In this document: positions 10,313-59,237 of the stretch, piece after piece
Layout: each line of letters starts with the position of its first letter
Position numbering within the stretch: position 1 is the first letter of the stretch
Assembly: GCA_963693365.1 (NCBI GenBank)
Contig: CAVNZM010000018.1
Span: forward strand, 1,483,861-1,547,860
Direction of reading: 5' to 3'
Source: Amoebidium appalachense
Taxonomy: Eukaryota; Protista; Ichthyosporea
Length of the DNA stretch: 64,000 nt
The notes under the pieces: model-generated
What the model saw: only the letters and a program-made list of their open reading frames with translations
Told to the model about the DNA's origin: nothing
Database searches by the model: none
Translations under genes and position numbers: made by a program

Positions 10313-11980
10313 ATGGTGCCTAAGATAGAAAAGGATATCAGATCCGTTGTTAGTGAAGAGACTTTGAGGCACCGTGCCCCGGCTGCAGGCGTTCGTAGCG
10401 AAGACGAACCCATATCCCTCAAGCCGCCTTCCCCATCCGCACAACCAAGTCAGAGCGAAGTAAAGCAAAGAAACATTAAGCGTGCTTTCATTCCTGACGA
10501 TGAAATCAACCAAACATTCATATTCAAAGTAGCGAGTGCCATATTCCTCACGTACGGTAGAATTATGCACAATGTGCAAGTAGTGGGTGTCGAGAACGTT
10601 CCAAAGAACAAGGGCGCCATGATTGTGTCGACACACACCACACACAATGTCGACATTTTTGTCGCTTTGTTTGCAATCTACGCTGCAACAGGGAAAATGG
10701 TACGCGGCCTCTTCCATCGCACTATGATGATGTAAGCCTCCCCCTCCCCCTCCTACCCCCCGCTCCCCTCCCCTTTTCCCTTTCCCTTCTCCAAATTGTG
10801 ATTCGGGTTACCTACCAAGTTAGGCTACATTTTTGGTGCTTGTATACCTGCATCTTGCCGAATTTTCTGCAGGCGCTGGGGTCTTCATACATACAGGCGC
10901 GCAAACCCACACCCACCCACACACATACACAAACACACACGCACACACACGTACACACACACATACATACACATTAATCCACCTACGCTTTACCAGGTCC
11001 TCCGTGCACACATGAGTTCACTCTTATCGCTTGGACGTGTTTCATGTCTAATACCCCACTTCCCAACCTATCCCTTCTGCTTTTCAAGCCAAGCCAAGCC
11101 GTCCCCATCCTCCGTTAGCACCAGATACCATGGTCAACTCTCACACGCATCTGCTTCAGAATGCATTACCAAGCACTAATCAAAAACCAGTCATATAACT
11201 CATCCTCCTCGTTTTTCGTGCAGTTTCATCCCTGCCATCCGATTCCTCGGAGGGATACCAGGCCACAGAGACGCCGCCCAACAACTAATCAAAGCCGGAT
11301 TTCTCACTTCTTGCCTTCCCGGTGGGGCGGAGGAAGCGATGACGGGCCACGAAAACGCCTATACTCTGTGCTGGCAATCTAGCTCAGGTACCACTCGCGC
11401 TGGGTTTGCACGTGTGGCGCTCGAGGCAGAAAACACGTGCATCATCCCTCTTGCAGGGCAGAACCAGGAAGAGATGAGATTCAACCCTCTGTTCTACGTG
11501 TGGCATGAGCTCGGTCTCCCTGCGGTGTGGCATAAACTCCTTAAGACGCTTCTCCCTTACAAATTGCTGCACAAGATCGTGTTTAACATCGGCGCAGCAC
11601 AGTGGCTTACATTCGCCATCCTGTCCGTTCCCATCCCCGTGCCCTACACGATTCACATCTTGGAGCCCGTGTACGTCGACGCAAAGAAGGATAAAGCCGA
11701 GGACGTTGCAGAGAAGGTTCGACTGAGCCTCCAGTCCAAATACGAGGAACTTCAGGAGGGGAGGGAGAGGAACATCGAGCACGCACTGGCCCAGAGGGGG
11801 TTGACATTGAGGATGGTGGCAGTGGCGTACATTGCCATATATAGTATTTTGGTGGAGTCGGTGGTGATGTTCCCCGTTGCCTGGCCACTGACTGTGCTCA
11901 TCCTGCTGGCGCTGCACTTTCCTTTTTCGGCAACTCTGGTGATTGCGCCGCTCATGCCTCTGTTTGCCATCTTTGCCTAA
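10313..11980 (+). CDS. TMEM68/DGAT2-like membrane acyltransferase, 2 exons (10313-10731, 11224-11980), ~391 aa
   Basis: V.G.ENVP...AMIVSTHTTHNVD (HxxxxD), GLFHR, CLPGGAEEA, RAGFARVALEA...IIP and a C-terminal hydrophobic segment. The phase-2 GT-AG intron joins the two ORFs in frame. Confidence 0.88.
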
Positions 11981-12648
11981 TTTGGAAGAAACCCCACGGC
12001 CCTCTCCAACGTCTATGGCGGCATTCCTCCAAAATTTCTTTATATGTTACATGGATATTGTATGGATTGTCGTTATAAGCAAAGGCAGAGAGGGGTGGAG
12101 TTCACAACAGATGTAGCAAAGCCAATCATATACTCTTGACGCCAATGACGTAAACCTGACATCAAAACAGCGGCTAGTCCGACTACAATAATGTATACGG
12201 AAGGGGATGTTGATGATACATTTGGACGTATGTAAATGTTGATATATAGAATTTCTAAATGTGCGATGGAGTTTTTGAGAAGCGCATAGACCTATGTTAA
12301 CGTATCAAATCGACATATCAATGATGTTTGCCACGTAAAAATGTTTTGTGTTCTCACTTTGTGCCCGCTGGTCGGGAGAACCTTGCTGTTCTGTTTCGGC
12401 AACTTGTGAAAATCGTATAAATGGTTTGAAAAGAACTGGAATACTAAAATTCCGTCAAGAAAACTTGATGATCGGCGAACATGCCGCTTTCTTGTGTCTA
12501 CATATGGCTGGCATAATGCCGGTATTTGGTAGATGGAAGAGATTGATATGCCCTGCAGCCGTGCGACGTGAGAATACAAAAGTCAGTTGTGTTTTACGGT
12601 TTAGCTAATTAGCCTGCCTTTAGAAATCGTTGTCAATAATTCATAGCA

Positions 12649-12688
<40 letters not shown>

Positions 12689-12914
12689 TTCCCCATTGGT
12701 ACCAACTGACTTTCGGGGTTGCTCTCTATCGTGGACGGTTACACATTACATCCGTGTTTTTCGCTGCATGCTGCAACTCTGCAATAATTTGTCGATACCC
12801 ACACATTCATCAACCTTTCTCACCGTTTGCACTCCACCTGAGTTACCCTGCACGTCTCTGATCACTCATTCGGACAAGGCACGCACGAGTGAACCACCCA
12901 AGCACAAATGACGC

Positions 12915-13112
12915 TTGGGGTTTTCTCTGTTTACTCGAGGCACAAAAGAGACCAGTCTCGGGTATAGGGGGGGTATTTCCTTGGTATATATCCCCTCCGC
13001 GCTTTATCATGATCAGGTACAAAGATGTCGCATCTGACTATGGGTGATGATTAAATTTATATGTATCAGGGGTTTCTTACTCTTTGAAGCACCACATAAA
13101 CTAAAAAGAAAA
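12915..13112 (+). repeat. Dispersed ~180-bp repeat with A-rich end (SINE-like), copy 1
   Basis: Shares ctgtttactcgag...agagaccagtctc.ggtat.gggggggt...tatcccctc.gcg...tatcatgatca...agatgtcg...tgactat...caccata.a.actaa.aa.aaa with 29245-29416. Confidence 0.7.
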
Positions 13113-14481
13113 TTGTGGTGCTTCAAGTTGGCGTCTTTCTTGTGCGACTTGAGGGTTCGAAGCGCAATTCATTCAATATCTTAACACCCCCTGGGAGAAT
13201 AGGGCGTGCAAGTGACTGTTATGTTGCAATCTTACATCTTTGCCTTTGTATGTGCCTTGCTTGCACCATCATTCGTACCTTACTCCCTCAACCTCCCCCC
13301 CCCCCCCCCCCAAAGTCCAATGCATGGGTATCCAAGTATGCATATCCGGGAGCCTGCAGCCACCCCCCCCCCCCCCCCAGGACTCCCAACTCACCGGTGC
13401 CCATCAACCCACCCGTGCCCGGGTAGATAAATACAAACATGTTGTAGCAAATATATGCAATATATGCATACAGATGCTAATATATGCCGGTGTACAATCG
13501 TGTGCTAAGTTACGCTAACATACTAGTAGATGATGGAAATCAGTAATGCAAATATATCATTTGAAATGTATACAAATCTATACAACTTGCGTGTGACCCC
13601 TCAATATTTTCTATAATATAAACTTTAAAAGTAAGAATATCGCAATATCAAAAAAAAAAAAAAAAATGTATGAACCACTAGTAACTTTTCGCGCAATCAC
13701 ACGATCAGCCAAAGTTAGAAATTTGTGCGGGAAGTTTGGGCGCCAAAAAAAAGTTGTTACAAAACTAAAAAAAGAAAACAAATAGGGATATCACCACTGG
13801 ACCACCGACACAACATCAGAATCAAGAGTCAATCTGTTGCAAGCGCCGTGGGCTGAGTTATTCTGCGAACAGAAAATAAATTTCACCACCTTCCACAGCG
13901 GAATATGCCCCACATCGTAATTTTCGTGTATGTGACTGTATGCAATTTTAAATTGTGAGTGCTCTTACATAGTGGACTGGTGTGCTTTCTATTTTATCAC
14001 GGTTTGTTCCCGGAGAGCCTTTGCAGGCCCCCTGGGGAAACTACCGTTTACCACACAGCAGCTACAGTACACTAGTTAGGGTGCTATCTATGTGTTCAGC
14101 TAAGCGAACCCATAGGTGTGCCTTCTACATATTTGGCATTGGCAGTTCGGCATTCTTGAATTGTATTTGGAGGTTGGTTAGTTGTCGGGCCCCGGGGGGG
14201 AGAAAAAAAGGGGGGAGAAGGGGGGATTGAAGAAAAACTCCTTGACTACTCCCCCCCCCCCCCCCCCCCCCCCCCCCAGAAGATGTTCCACGTGCTCTGG
14301 TGGGTCGGTAGCTGTCAACCCAACCGGTACCCTCCCCCTCCCCCCCCCTCTCACCTCTCCCCCCCTCAAAAGACTCCCCCCCCCCCCCCCCCACACGCAA
14401 ACACACACGCACACGCACACACACGCACACACGCGCACACACACAGACGCACACACACACACACACTACACACACACAGAC

Positions 14482-14555
<74 letters not shown>

Positions 14556-14912
14556 CGAAAAGGGAGAGAGAGGGAGAGAGAGGGAGAGAGAGAGGGAGAG
14601 AAGGAGATAGAGGGAGAGGAAGGGCAGGGACTGATCCGGAGGTCTTATTAAGCATTGCACACGGGTTTACTAACGTGTAGGATACCAAACGAATGTTTGG
14701 GTGCGTGCACGCGGGGCCACGCTGCGTGCTGCGTGTGGTGTACATGAATACCTGAATAGGCATCTATTCTCTCTCGTTCTCTCTTTCTCTCTCTCTCTCT
14801 CGAGCTCTTACTCTTCCTCCCTCTCTCCCTCTTCTCTGTACGTGTGTGCGTACGTGTGCACGCGCATGCGTGCATATGTTTGTGTGTTTTGTGTGTGTGT
14901 GTGTGTGTGTGT

Positions 14913-14985
<73 letters not shown>

Positions 14986-16602
14986 GGTGCGCGCGCGCGC
15001 GTGTGTGTGTGTGTGCGTGTGTGCGCGCGTGTGTGTGTGTACCGGCGTGCATCCGTGTGACGCGTGTGCGTATGCGCGCGTGTGCTAGCGTGTGTGTGTG
15101 TAGGAGTGTGTGTGCGTGTGTGCGTATGTGTGCGTGTGCGTGTGTGCGTATGTGTTTGTGTGTTTGTGTGTGTGTTTGTGTGCACGCACGTGTGGTTGCA
15201 CGTGTGTGCACGGACATGTGCAACCCGCGGCCGCGGCTGAGCTGAGGCGGCCGCGACTCAGACGGTCGCTCTGTGACGTTCTCTTTGCCTCGAGTAAACA
15301 GCGTAAACCCCTGTGACCTTCAGTGTGCGCATGTCTGATTTGCACCTCTCTGGTGCTTCGACACATGATTGGCAGCTACCTACCGATAGCCAAATATAGG
15401 CATCATGGCTTCCCAAATATAGCTATTCTTGTGAGCCACATATACTGGCTTTCAAAGCGCGGCAATAAACAAACAAACAGCACAGCACACAGCAGCATAT
15501 GTACCTACTCTGTATCACTTTTTTTTCATTCTCAGTGTAGCCTACCCATCTCTGAAGGTAGCTCTTACTACTTTTTCCGAGGGTCCTTAGTCACCATCAA
15601 GCGTGCGGAAGAAACGTTGCTGAAGGCAATCTTTAGCTTTTCTGTCTTGCATTTATTCAAATGATCGATTGAACTGGTTTCCAAACCTACAACCGATAGA
15701 GGGCTGGGCATAAACTTGCAAGGGTCGTATCCATCTTTTGTTTACAACACCGACCCAAAGATATTTTGGTAAGAGTTTTCTTTTTCGTTGAAATCCCCCC
15801 CCCCCTCCCCCCCCCCCCCCCCCACCCCACCCCCCCCCCCCCCCGCCCCCCTCCCCCTTCTCTCCCTCCCTCCCTCCTCATCCCACTTTTGGCACTCCTT
15901 TTTCAAACCAACGCAATTGATTGTGTGAGCAAAGCGGCGAAGTCAGCGTGCTTTGCTATATCAGCTGTTTGGTTTCCCATGGACTTGAAGGTTGTCAGCC
16001 TTGAGTCTTCAGTTCAAGCATGCGCCTGTACCGTTTTTTCCCAGAATTCATTTTCTAACGAATTCAAACTGCAGTTCGGACATCTTGCCTTCTCCCTTTC
16101 CCTTTCAGTCGCTGGTAGTGAACAACATGCGGTGGCACATTCCCTCCCCCCTCCCCCCCCCCCCACCCCACCCCCACCCCCAACCCTCCGCCCACCCTAA
16201 CCCCCTTTCCCTCATTCTCCCCCTTGTAAGCTCACCACTCCTCCTTCGGCCTTTTTCTCCCACATTTATGCATCCCCCCCCCCCGTCCCGTCCCGTCCCG
16301 TCTCCCCCCCCCCCCCGCCCCCTGCCTACCCCCACCTCCCCCGCCGCTGCTTTATCCCTTCACTGAAGCGGTTACCTACCCGACCTCCCCTTTTACTGAC
16401 TCATTCCCCCCCTCTTCCCGGCCCCCCACAAACCACCATTCCATCCCCCACCCCACCATCACCACCACCACTCCGTTAATGTGCCGACCTTTGCCCACCC
16501 CTACCCCTTCTATTGCCCATCCCCCAACCCAACCATCACCACCATCATTCAGCCATCCCATGTACCCCACCCAGCATCCACTACTTCTTCTCATTCATAG
16601 GA

Positions 16603-25272
<8,670 letters not shown>

Positions 25273-25733
25273 GCCCGTGTGTGTCCTCATGACATCTTGT
25301 GCTTTTCTGAGTGAATTGTTAAGTATGAGGGGTAGCTCTACTCTTTGTGACGCATTAGTATGCCACTCAAGCACACATATGCATGTGCTCATATCTCCGG
25401 TCACAAACACATACTATATGTGGGTTTGGCACCCCATAACCGACTTCGAATTCATCGACTATCATCTACGACATAGATAGCTATTACGTCAACAGCAATT
25501 ATCAACGGTTGAAGCCTTGTGCACGTGGCGTACTGACCGGCGGTGAAAATATTGTAGATATGGCCAAAATCGAGATTACATAAGAATGGTTTCTTGTATT
25601 ATGAATAGCACACGGAACCTGCTATATAAGATGCGCACTAAAGTCATAGACAATGCGCAAATATGTACTATGCTCAGTAGGTTACGGCACGCATATATAT
25701 TTATAGAGTCACCCCTTCACCTGTGCATGCCAC

Positions 25734-25781
<48 letters not shown>

Positions 25782-26828
25782 GCATCACCACCACCACCAC
25801 ACACACGCGTGCGCGCATACGTACACATGCCCTTTCCCGGTCAACCTAGAGCTCCTTTCAGGGGTTCACTCTAACATTAGTCCCCGGATACTTGGCCAGC
25901 CTATACGTAGCTATAGTTGAACCCCCCCCCCCCCCCCCCCCCCCCGCTCTCCCCAAAAAAAAAGAAAAAAAAATGAGAGAGAGAGAGAAAAAAAGAAAAA
26001 AACGGCCCACCGTGTGCACACAGCTGCTGCACATGCATGAGACTCATGATCTGACAAGTATTACGGCTAAAGGAATGCGAAGACGTGTGCCAGACTCAGG
26101 GTGGGCCCGCGGGGGGGGGGGGGGGGGGGGCTTGGTCACCTGTACCCCCAAGGAGGACTCCATTGCAAGCTGGCAAAGGGGTCGGACTCCGGAGCCTGCG
26201 GCATAGGATGTGTATACTTCAACGGTTATCGTTCATAGTAAACTGCTTTGAATCCGTGATAGTAAGTGTGCCATGATACTCTGTATGATAGCTGAGCTGC
26301 TGAGAGTGGTGAGATATTCAAATTTTCTTGCTGTGATCTAGGGAGACAAGGGGGCGTTCCTGAGGAAAGCAGGGCCCCGGCCGGGGTTGGCATTCTGGCG
26401 TAACGCGGGGGCGTTCGAAAGAAGAAAAGGGGGGCATTCAACTGGGGCGTTCGGGGCTCACAAAGAGTAAACGTATGTATATCTATCTACTAGACCATAA
26501 TAACGCATTCACGCCGGATAGCGTCAATATGACAGACCCATACAATCACTATCGTACTCCACAGTTTCACATTTTCCAATTTATATCTACATGTAAACGC
26601 GAGGCAATCCTTTCCCCTCATACACCCCAATATACAGTACGAGAGTGCCACTGAAAATGAGATGATGTGAATATTTAAAACAAAGAGTTTTATTTGTTTT
26701 TTTTTCCCCAAAGATCTTCAAAAAAATTAGACAATAGACCCTACCAACCCTGGTGGAGTTTTCAGAAAGCGTAAACCCCACGTATGTATGTACACACCAA
26801 AGCCTCCTAGATACAACGTACACACACA

Positions 26829-28317
26829 AAATCACTTCACACAGTCAGTATGATAACTTATCATAATGAAGTTCAGCCTGAGATATCTTCTCAAAAACCT
26901 AGAAATGTATGGAATGAGTTGTAGCATTATATGGGGAACGATTGGCGTGCGCGCGCGTGTCACACACACACACATGCATACATATAGTACACACACAAAA
27001 TCACTTCACTAGTACACACACAAAATCACACACAGAATCACTTCACACAGAAAGTATGATAACTTTATAGTTTGATACTTTCTGACTCAGATGATAACTT
27101 TATAGTATGAAGTTCGGCCTGAGATAACCTCTCAAAAACCTGGAAATGTATCACGTCGGCCGGTTCGCTATGAGGGCCCGCCCGGCCGGTTCGCCGCGGA
27201 TACAAGCGGATCAGGGCGGATCCGGGCCAAAGTTCGCCGAGAGCCGCGAAAGATCTGCAGCCAATTACACGAGCCATTCGACGCGATCTGTGGAATGCGA
27301 ATGCCCAGCTCACGGCAGAGACACTCCTGACAGGCACCCAATCGATCGGAGCGCGGCGAAAGCATGCAGGATATAGCAATAGACGATAACACATAGATTT
27401 GATGTATGTAAAAGGCTTTAAAGATTGTTAAAACACCTTACGTACAGGTATGCACATGCACGCGAACAAGGACAATGTCGCCGCACGTGTGAGTCTAGGT
27501 CCTTGCTTGTTATATCGAACGCATGCCGACCAATCAAACCACGCTTGAGCGTTGCAAAATTCCTTTTTCATGATCGCCGTACCACTCCTACCTGCCCATC
27601 CCTATTCAGTATTTAAGCTGTATTAAATAGTAATATAATGATTTTTATCATTTATTTATACATTATATTGTTATTTGTAGATTATATGTACAATGTTTAA
27701 CGTAACTACATGCTCCTTAGCGTCCTTTGCTTTGTCACCAATATGTGAGCCAAAAATTCCCATTTACCCGCATATTTCTTAGTTCTCGTCTATGATTGGT
27801 TCACGTAAACAATTTCTTATCGCTTTGTTACCATCTTGCCACCCGCCGCACTGATCAGTTTCAGATGACGAGTGGCTCACACGCTGTGCAGTACAGCGGC
27901 CGGTGTCGCATAAAGGCAAACAACCATAGGTCAAATTTTGCACATAAGCTTGTAAGCCAATGACCTTGGGGTTTACCAAGTTTCAACTCGATCTGACATT
28001 GGGTTGTCACGCTACAGTGTCACCAATTTTCGGGTCGCACCTCAAACCAAGAAAAGGTACCATCGCTTTTGTGAGCTTTGCCAAAAAACCCAATGTCAGA
28101 ATTGATTGAAAATTTACAGAATAAGAGTTTACATATATATTTAGTACGTAGCAAATTTTGGTGGAAAACTGTTAGAGACTTCTCTCTCCACAATTTCTCA
28201 AATTATATGCAAAATGTTCGGGTCGGGGACTTTTGGCCCGATTTGCCGGCCCGGCCGGGCGAGCCATCATAACGAACCGGCCCACGTGTATGGAATGAGT
28301 TCCAGCATTGTATGGGG
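26829..28317. repeat. Local ~110-bp duplication; the second copy is interrupted by a TIR element
   Basis: 26829-26937 (aatcacttcacacag...ctcaaaaacctagaaatgtatggaatgagtt.tagcatt.tatgggga) recurs as 27036-27151 plus 28289-28317. Confidence 0.85.
27152..28288. mobile_element. Non-autonomous DNA transposon with ~38-bp CACGT-starting TIRs and 3-bp TSD (TAT); CMC-like (CACTA/Chapaev)
   Basis: Left cacgtcggccggttcgctatgagggcccgcccggccgg versus reverse complement of the right end cacgtgggccggttcgttatgatggctcgcccggccgg (4 mismatches). TAT flanks both sides, and the empty site is visible at 26901-26920. No transposase ORF. Confidence 0.88.
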
Positions 28318-28438
28318 ATGAAAAGTAGAGGGGAGGGGTTAGAGGGTGGGGAGGGGGAGGGGGTAGCAATTAGATCTAGATGCGTCTCGGCAGTCGGGGT
28401 GCGCCGGGCCCCCTGGGAGGGTTGGGGGAGGGGTGGGT

Positions 28439-28469
<31 letters not shown>

Positions 28470-28483
28470 GGGGGGGGGGGGGG

Positions 28484-28522
<39 letters not shown>

Positions 28523-29244
28523 ACAGGAAACCTTTGAGCCATGCAGCATTCCGGTTGTTATGATGGAAATCGGAAACAATGCGGTGTTTGTGAAATTCAA
28601 TTGTGAAGCATTGCCAAGTCACTTATCTTAATATCAGATTATCCGAATGTTAGTCATCTCCTGTACACATACGTGCACACACACACACCTCAGTTACACA
28701 CACCACGGCACACGCGCACCTGCGTACCCACACCCGCACCCACAACCACGCTCACACCGACACCGACACAAACACACAACTACATACAAACACACAACTC
28801 CATACAAACACACCCCCTGACACACGTGTACAAATCCCACACGTAAACACAAAAATGCACTGTCACACATGTACATACAGTCACGCACAAAAAGATGCAA
28901 TGAGAAGTCAACCCCCCCCCCCCCCCCCCCCCCCCCCCTCCCGGTTATACTTTCAACCCAGGCTCAGTAGCCCCTCCCCCCCCTCCCCCTCCCTCCCTCC
29001 CTCCCTCCCTCCCTCCCTCCCTCCCTCCCTCCCCCTCCCCCCCCAAAAGAAAAAAAAAAAAAAAAAAAATCTAGTCCGATTTATCTTATCCTCGAGAATT
29101 AAATGAGTCCTGAATGACCCCTGTAAATAATTAGCAGTGATACATAATGAAATCATCGTGACTTATTTATCGTCGGTGGCACAAGAATAACTTGACATGC
29201 GGAATGGGTATGTTACTATATTTATTTAAGTATGTGAAGTTATG

Positions 29245-29416
29245 TTGGGGGTTTACGCTGTTTACTCGAGCCAAAGAGAGACCAGTCTCAGGTATGGGGG
29301 GGGTTTTGCTCGGAATATCCCCTCAGCGGTATATCATGATCACGAACATAGATGTCGGGTTTGACTATATATCAGGGTTTACTTTCTCTACGGGACACCA
29401 TAAAGACTAAGAAAAA
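29245..29416 (+). repeat. Dispersed SINE-like repeat, copy 2
   Basis: Homologous to 12915-13112; ends ...caccataaagactaagaaaaa. Confidence 0.7.
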
Positions 29417-29504
29417 TCAATTAGTTGGGGTTCCCCGTTTTTTTTTTTTTTTTTTTTTTTTTTGGGGGGGGGGGGCTCCCCTGGGACACACGGTATCAGC
29501 TGGT

Positions 29505-29581
<77 letters not shown>

Positions 29582-29673
29582 CCATGATACTAACAGACAT
29601 AATGAAACATACACTAAACAAAAATATTATTTTTCCAATTCATAATAATCTGCTGCTCCGGTAGGTTAAGGGT

Positions 29674-56027
<26,354 letters not shown>

Positions 56028-56553
56028 CTGAGTGGGTTTCATGGCAGTGTTATTATCACGAAACTCTGCTTTGTGTGTGTGCGCGCACATACACACACAC
56101 ACACAGACAGACACACATGAACACACATGTACGCACACAGACACACACCGTGGTGTATTGTGACTTTGCTGCTAGCTGCAGCCAGGGGTAGCGAAATTTT
56201 CCTTGGTCAGTATTGGTAACGAAGAGAAAGCGTGCCCTGGGGGGGGAAAAAAGGAGGGGGGGGAAAAGCAGGGCCCGAAGAATTTGGAAGAAAAAAGAAT
56301 AAGACTCTGAGAAGAAGACAAAAAGGAATGAATCAGCTCAAACCCGGCAACTGAGCTGAACCAGGCTACAGTGTGACTTTTTACTTTTTATAGCTATTAT
56401 ATGGTTACAGATGTAACATACATGTACTGAACATATGTTGTAGAAAAACGATGCGGGGCCGGGAAATGTACATTTGTGAAACAGAATGGAATGCCAAATT
56501 ACATTCCACTAGGCCATGTTTCTGGTTGACGTAAAGTTTTTGTGCCCATACTA

Positions 56554-57614
56554 CAGTAAACCGCTCGAATTTGGGACACTTTTCGCGTCATCGCTGATCG
56601 AGCGCTTATGGGTAGCCATTTTTAGCTTTTTTCTGGAACATTCGAGCATCCCCAGCAAGCCCTGGCACATGGCTACCCCAGTACTATATAAGCGCTGAGG
56701 TTCATAAAACACGTTTCCGACGACTTAGACACGTGAATGTAGCCTAGGGTATCATCTTGCAAATTTCATTCTGAATTCAAAATGCATTTTTATTTGGGAC
56801 ACGTGTTGCATAGACGTATATGCAGACGAACATGCTGACGCACATGCACCAGCTGGGTGTGGTCTCGCTGTTCCTTTCACCGTTGCCCACCCCTGGGGCC
56901 TTCTCTAGCTTTCAAACCAGTCTGTACACTCAACGAGGCTTCAAGGGTGCCTTTTTTTACAAAATAAACTGAACACATCATATAACCTATTGCCTGTGAC
57001 TAAAGGCGTCGTTCTGTACTACAAGTGCAACCTACACACGCATGCTCTTCCTGTACTGTTAGCATACCTCTACATCTGTCCGGGGTATGGATACTGATAA
57101 AACGGGTACTTCCCTGTAAGAATAAATATTATGCTTCACGTCACGGTGCTCTGCAGCTAAATCACATCGCTCTTCATGTGTCTTATTTTTGTGTTCTAGA
57201 AACGCTGCCTCTATCTCCTCTGCTGTGGGCTTGCGCCTTTTCTGCCCTTGTGCACTCATGTTGGGAACCCCATTCTGTCTGTGGGGCAAGGGTGTGTGAT
57301 AAATGGGCATTAAAAGTACAAAGCATATGAAAGATGTGAGGCTACGTGAGAGGAAATCCTTAGAGTGAGGATGAGGAGTTCCTATGTTTTCGAAAGAGGA
57401 TGTGCTTTGCTCTGCTGTGGTGGTTGGTAGAAAACGGCCCTTTATTTTCAAACTTGGCTGCCGGGTTGGGCAGCCAACCAGACACGCTGGCATTCAAAAC
57501 GGACGGGAAAAACGTAATAATGGACCCAAGTCCGGGTGATGCGCCGAGGGCCAATTAAAAGTGTCCCAAATTTATGACGGGATTCAAATCGTCCCAAATT
57601 CGAGCGGTTTACTG
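56554..57614 (-). mobile_element. Tc1/mariner (pogo/Fot1-like) deletion derivative, copy 1
   Basis: Perfect TIR CAGTAAACCGCTCGAATTTGGGAC and TA TSD on both sides. The internal remnant MSAQGQKRRKPTAEEIEAAF...AAEHRDV...LTVQEEHACV resembles the HTH_psq/CENP-B N-terminus of pogo transposases. No DDD domain. Confidence 0.88.
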
Positions 57615-58047
57615 TAAGGTATATTATTCTTCCTGAGTTGTGTGTATGTTTTATCTTATAATATATATTATGAACTGCTATGTCTGCACGCCCAGAAGTT
57701 CCATATTGATTCCTCCAAAACTCAGATGTGTGGGGCGAGTCGTATGTGTGTACATAACACCGGATTTACGATTTTCCAGTTTCGAGATTTACGTCACATA
57801 AAATTCCGTTACAGACATAGGAGTGCAGTGATGAGTTGTCAGCACCAAGCCAACAGTACTTCCACCCAACAAGATATACATGTAAAAAATCGAGGTTACA
57901 CTTACAACATACAAATCACATGTGGAGATATAACGTATCAGGCATACATCATATGTGGATATATTTTTTTCCCGTAAGCTCCTCACGGCACGCGGATCGC
58001 TCGTGCAGTAAGGGTAAGCTTCACGTCTTGTCAAATAGTTATAAAAC

Positions 58048-59157
58048 CTCACACGTACTGACGGTGTGCACGCGCTGCGATGAACTTTACGTTCGCTGCA
58101 GACGGGCACACGTACGTTTTATCGTCACCTAACCAATCGAATCGGCTAGACTCGGTCCACCATGATATGCAACCAATCAGTTCGGAAATACGTGTGCCAG
58201 GATGTTTTCAGTGTCTTTCGATTCCCGCGCGTGCGTTTTGACCCTACCTTGAAGCAATTTTTAAAAAAAATAAACAGCCATTCAATGAAAAGGCTCGAAG
58301 CGAAGCAAATTTGATTTCTTTGCATGATGTTTATGCAATCGCTGACAAGGCATTGATAACGTCATGCATAACGTCATTCATTCCCGCTCGAATTCAAACC
58401 TCACGGTACGGCCATCTTGTTATTTTGTACGGGTCTAAGGGAGCAGAGTGCACAGAGATGTCATGTAAAACACGACTAACACATTAATGAGAGGGCAATC
58501 GGAGTTGTTCACGAGACATTGAAAGATTCAAACAACAACTGATTCTTTATTGTGCTCTCGGTTCCTTTTGTACTTGCGACTTATCATCTTATCACAACTA
58601 AAGAGGGAGAACCAATCGGTTCTATCAGAAGATAGAAAAACACATTCCGACAGAGCATACGCATTCCAACTTCCGATTAAACTAAAGGTTAGAAACTCTT
58701 ACTTAAATAAATTAAGTAATTATACATCTAGTCACTATTAACTCACATATATATTTATGTTCGTCTCTATAAAAAAACTTATTTCCTAATAGTCGACACT
58801 CTCAAAGTGAAGACACTTTGCAATAAACCGAATTCCATATATATCTATTGTCCAATCACAACACACATATATTAATAGACAGGAATGCACAACACAATCT
58901 ACAGATGTACTCGCTCGCGACTATTGGCGAGCCATCCTTTTGAGAACAAAACTAAGCCATTTTGAAAGACAACGAGTGTAGCTAGCCAATCACGCTACCT
59001 CCCAAATAAACAGAGGAGAGCAAACAGAAATAAAATACAATAAGTTCTTATCAGGCAAGAGAGCCAGGTGTGCACAGATCTACAGATATCTGTGCCCACA
59101 GAAACAAGGGAGAGAGAGATACGGGGGGGGGGGGGGGGGGGGGGGGGGGGGAGAGGG

Positions 59158-59237
<80 letters not shown>

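Noticed and set aside
12290-12610. Short ORFs in non-repetitive sequence
   Set aside because: No recognisable motif or splice support.
14125-16600. Long ORFs (HT/CV/ER/poly-P/poly-G) here and throughout the window
   Set aside because: They are translations of (CA)n, (GA)n and G/C homopolymers, which lack stop codons.
26345-26460. Four ggggc(g/a)ttc motifs
   Set aside because: Too short and irregular, with no matching TIR or second copy found.
56149-56236. Candidate upstream exon with a strong pyrimidine acceptor and gtgtgt donor
   Set aside because: Its only open frame exits in phase 0, which is incompatible with the phase-1 acceptor at 56027. It needs RNA evidence.
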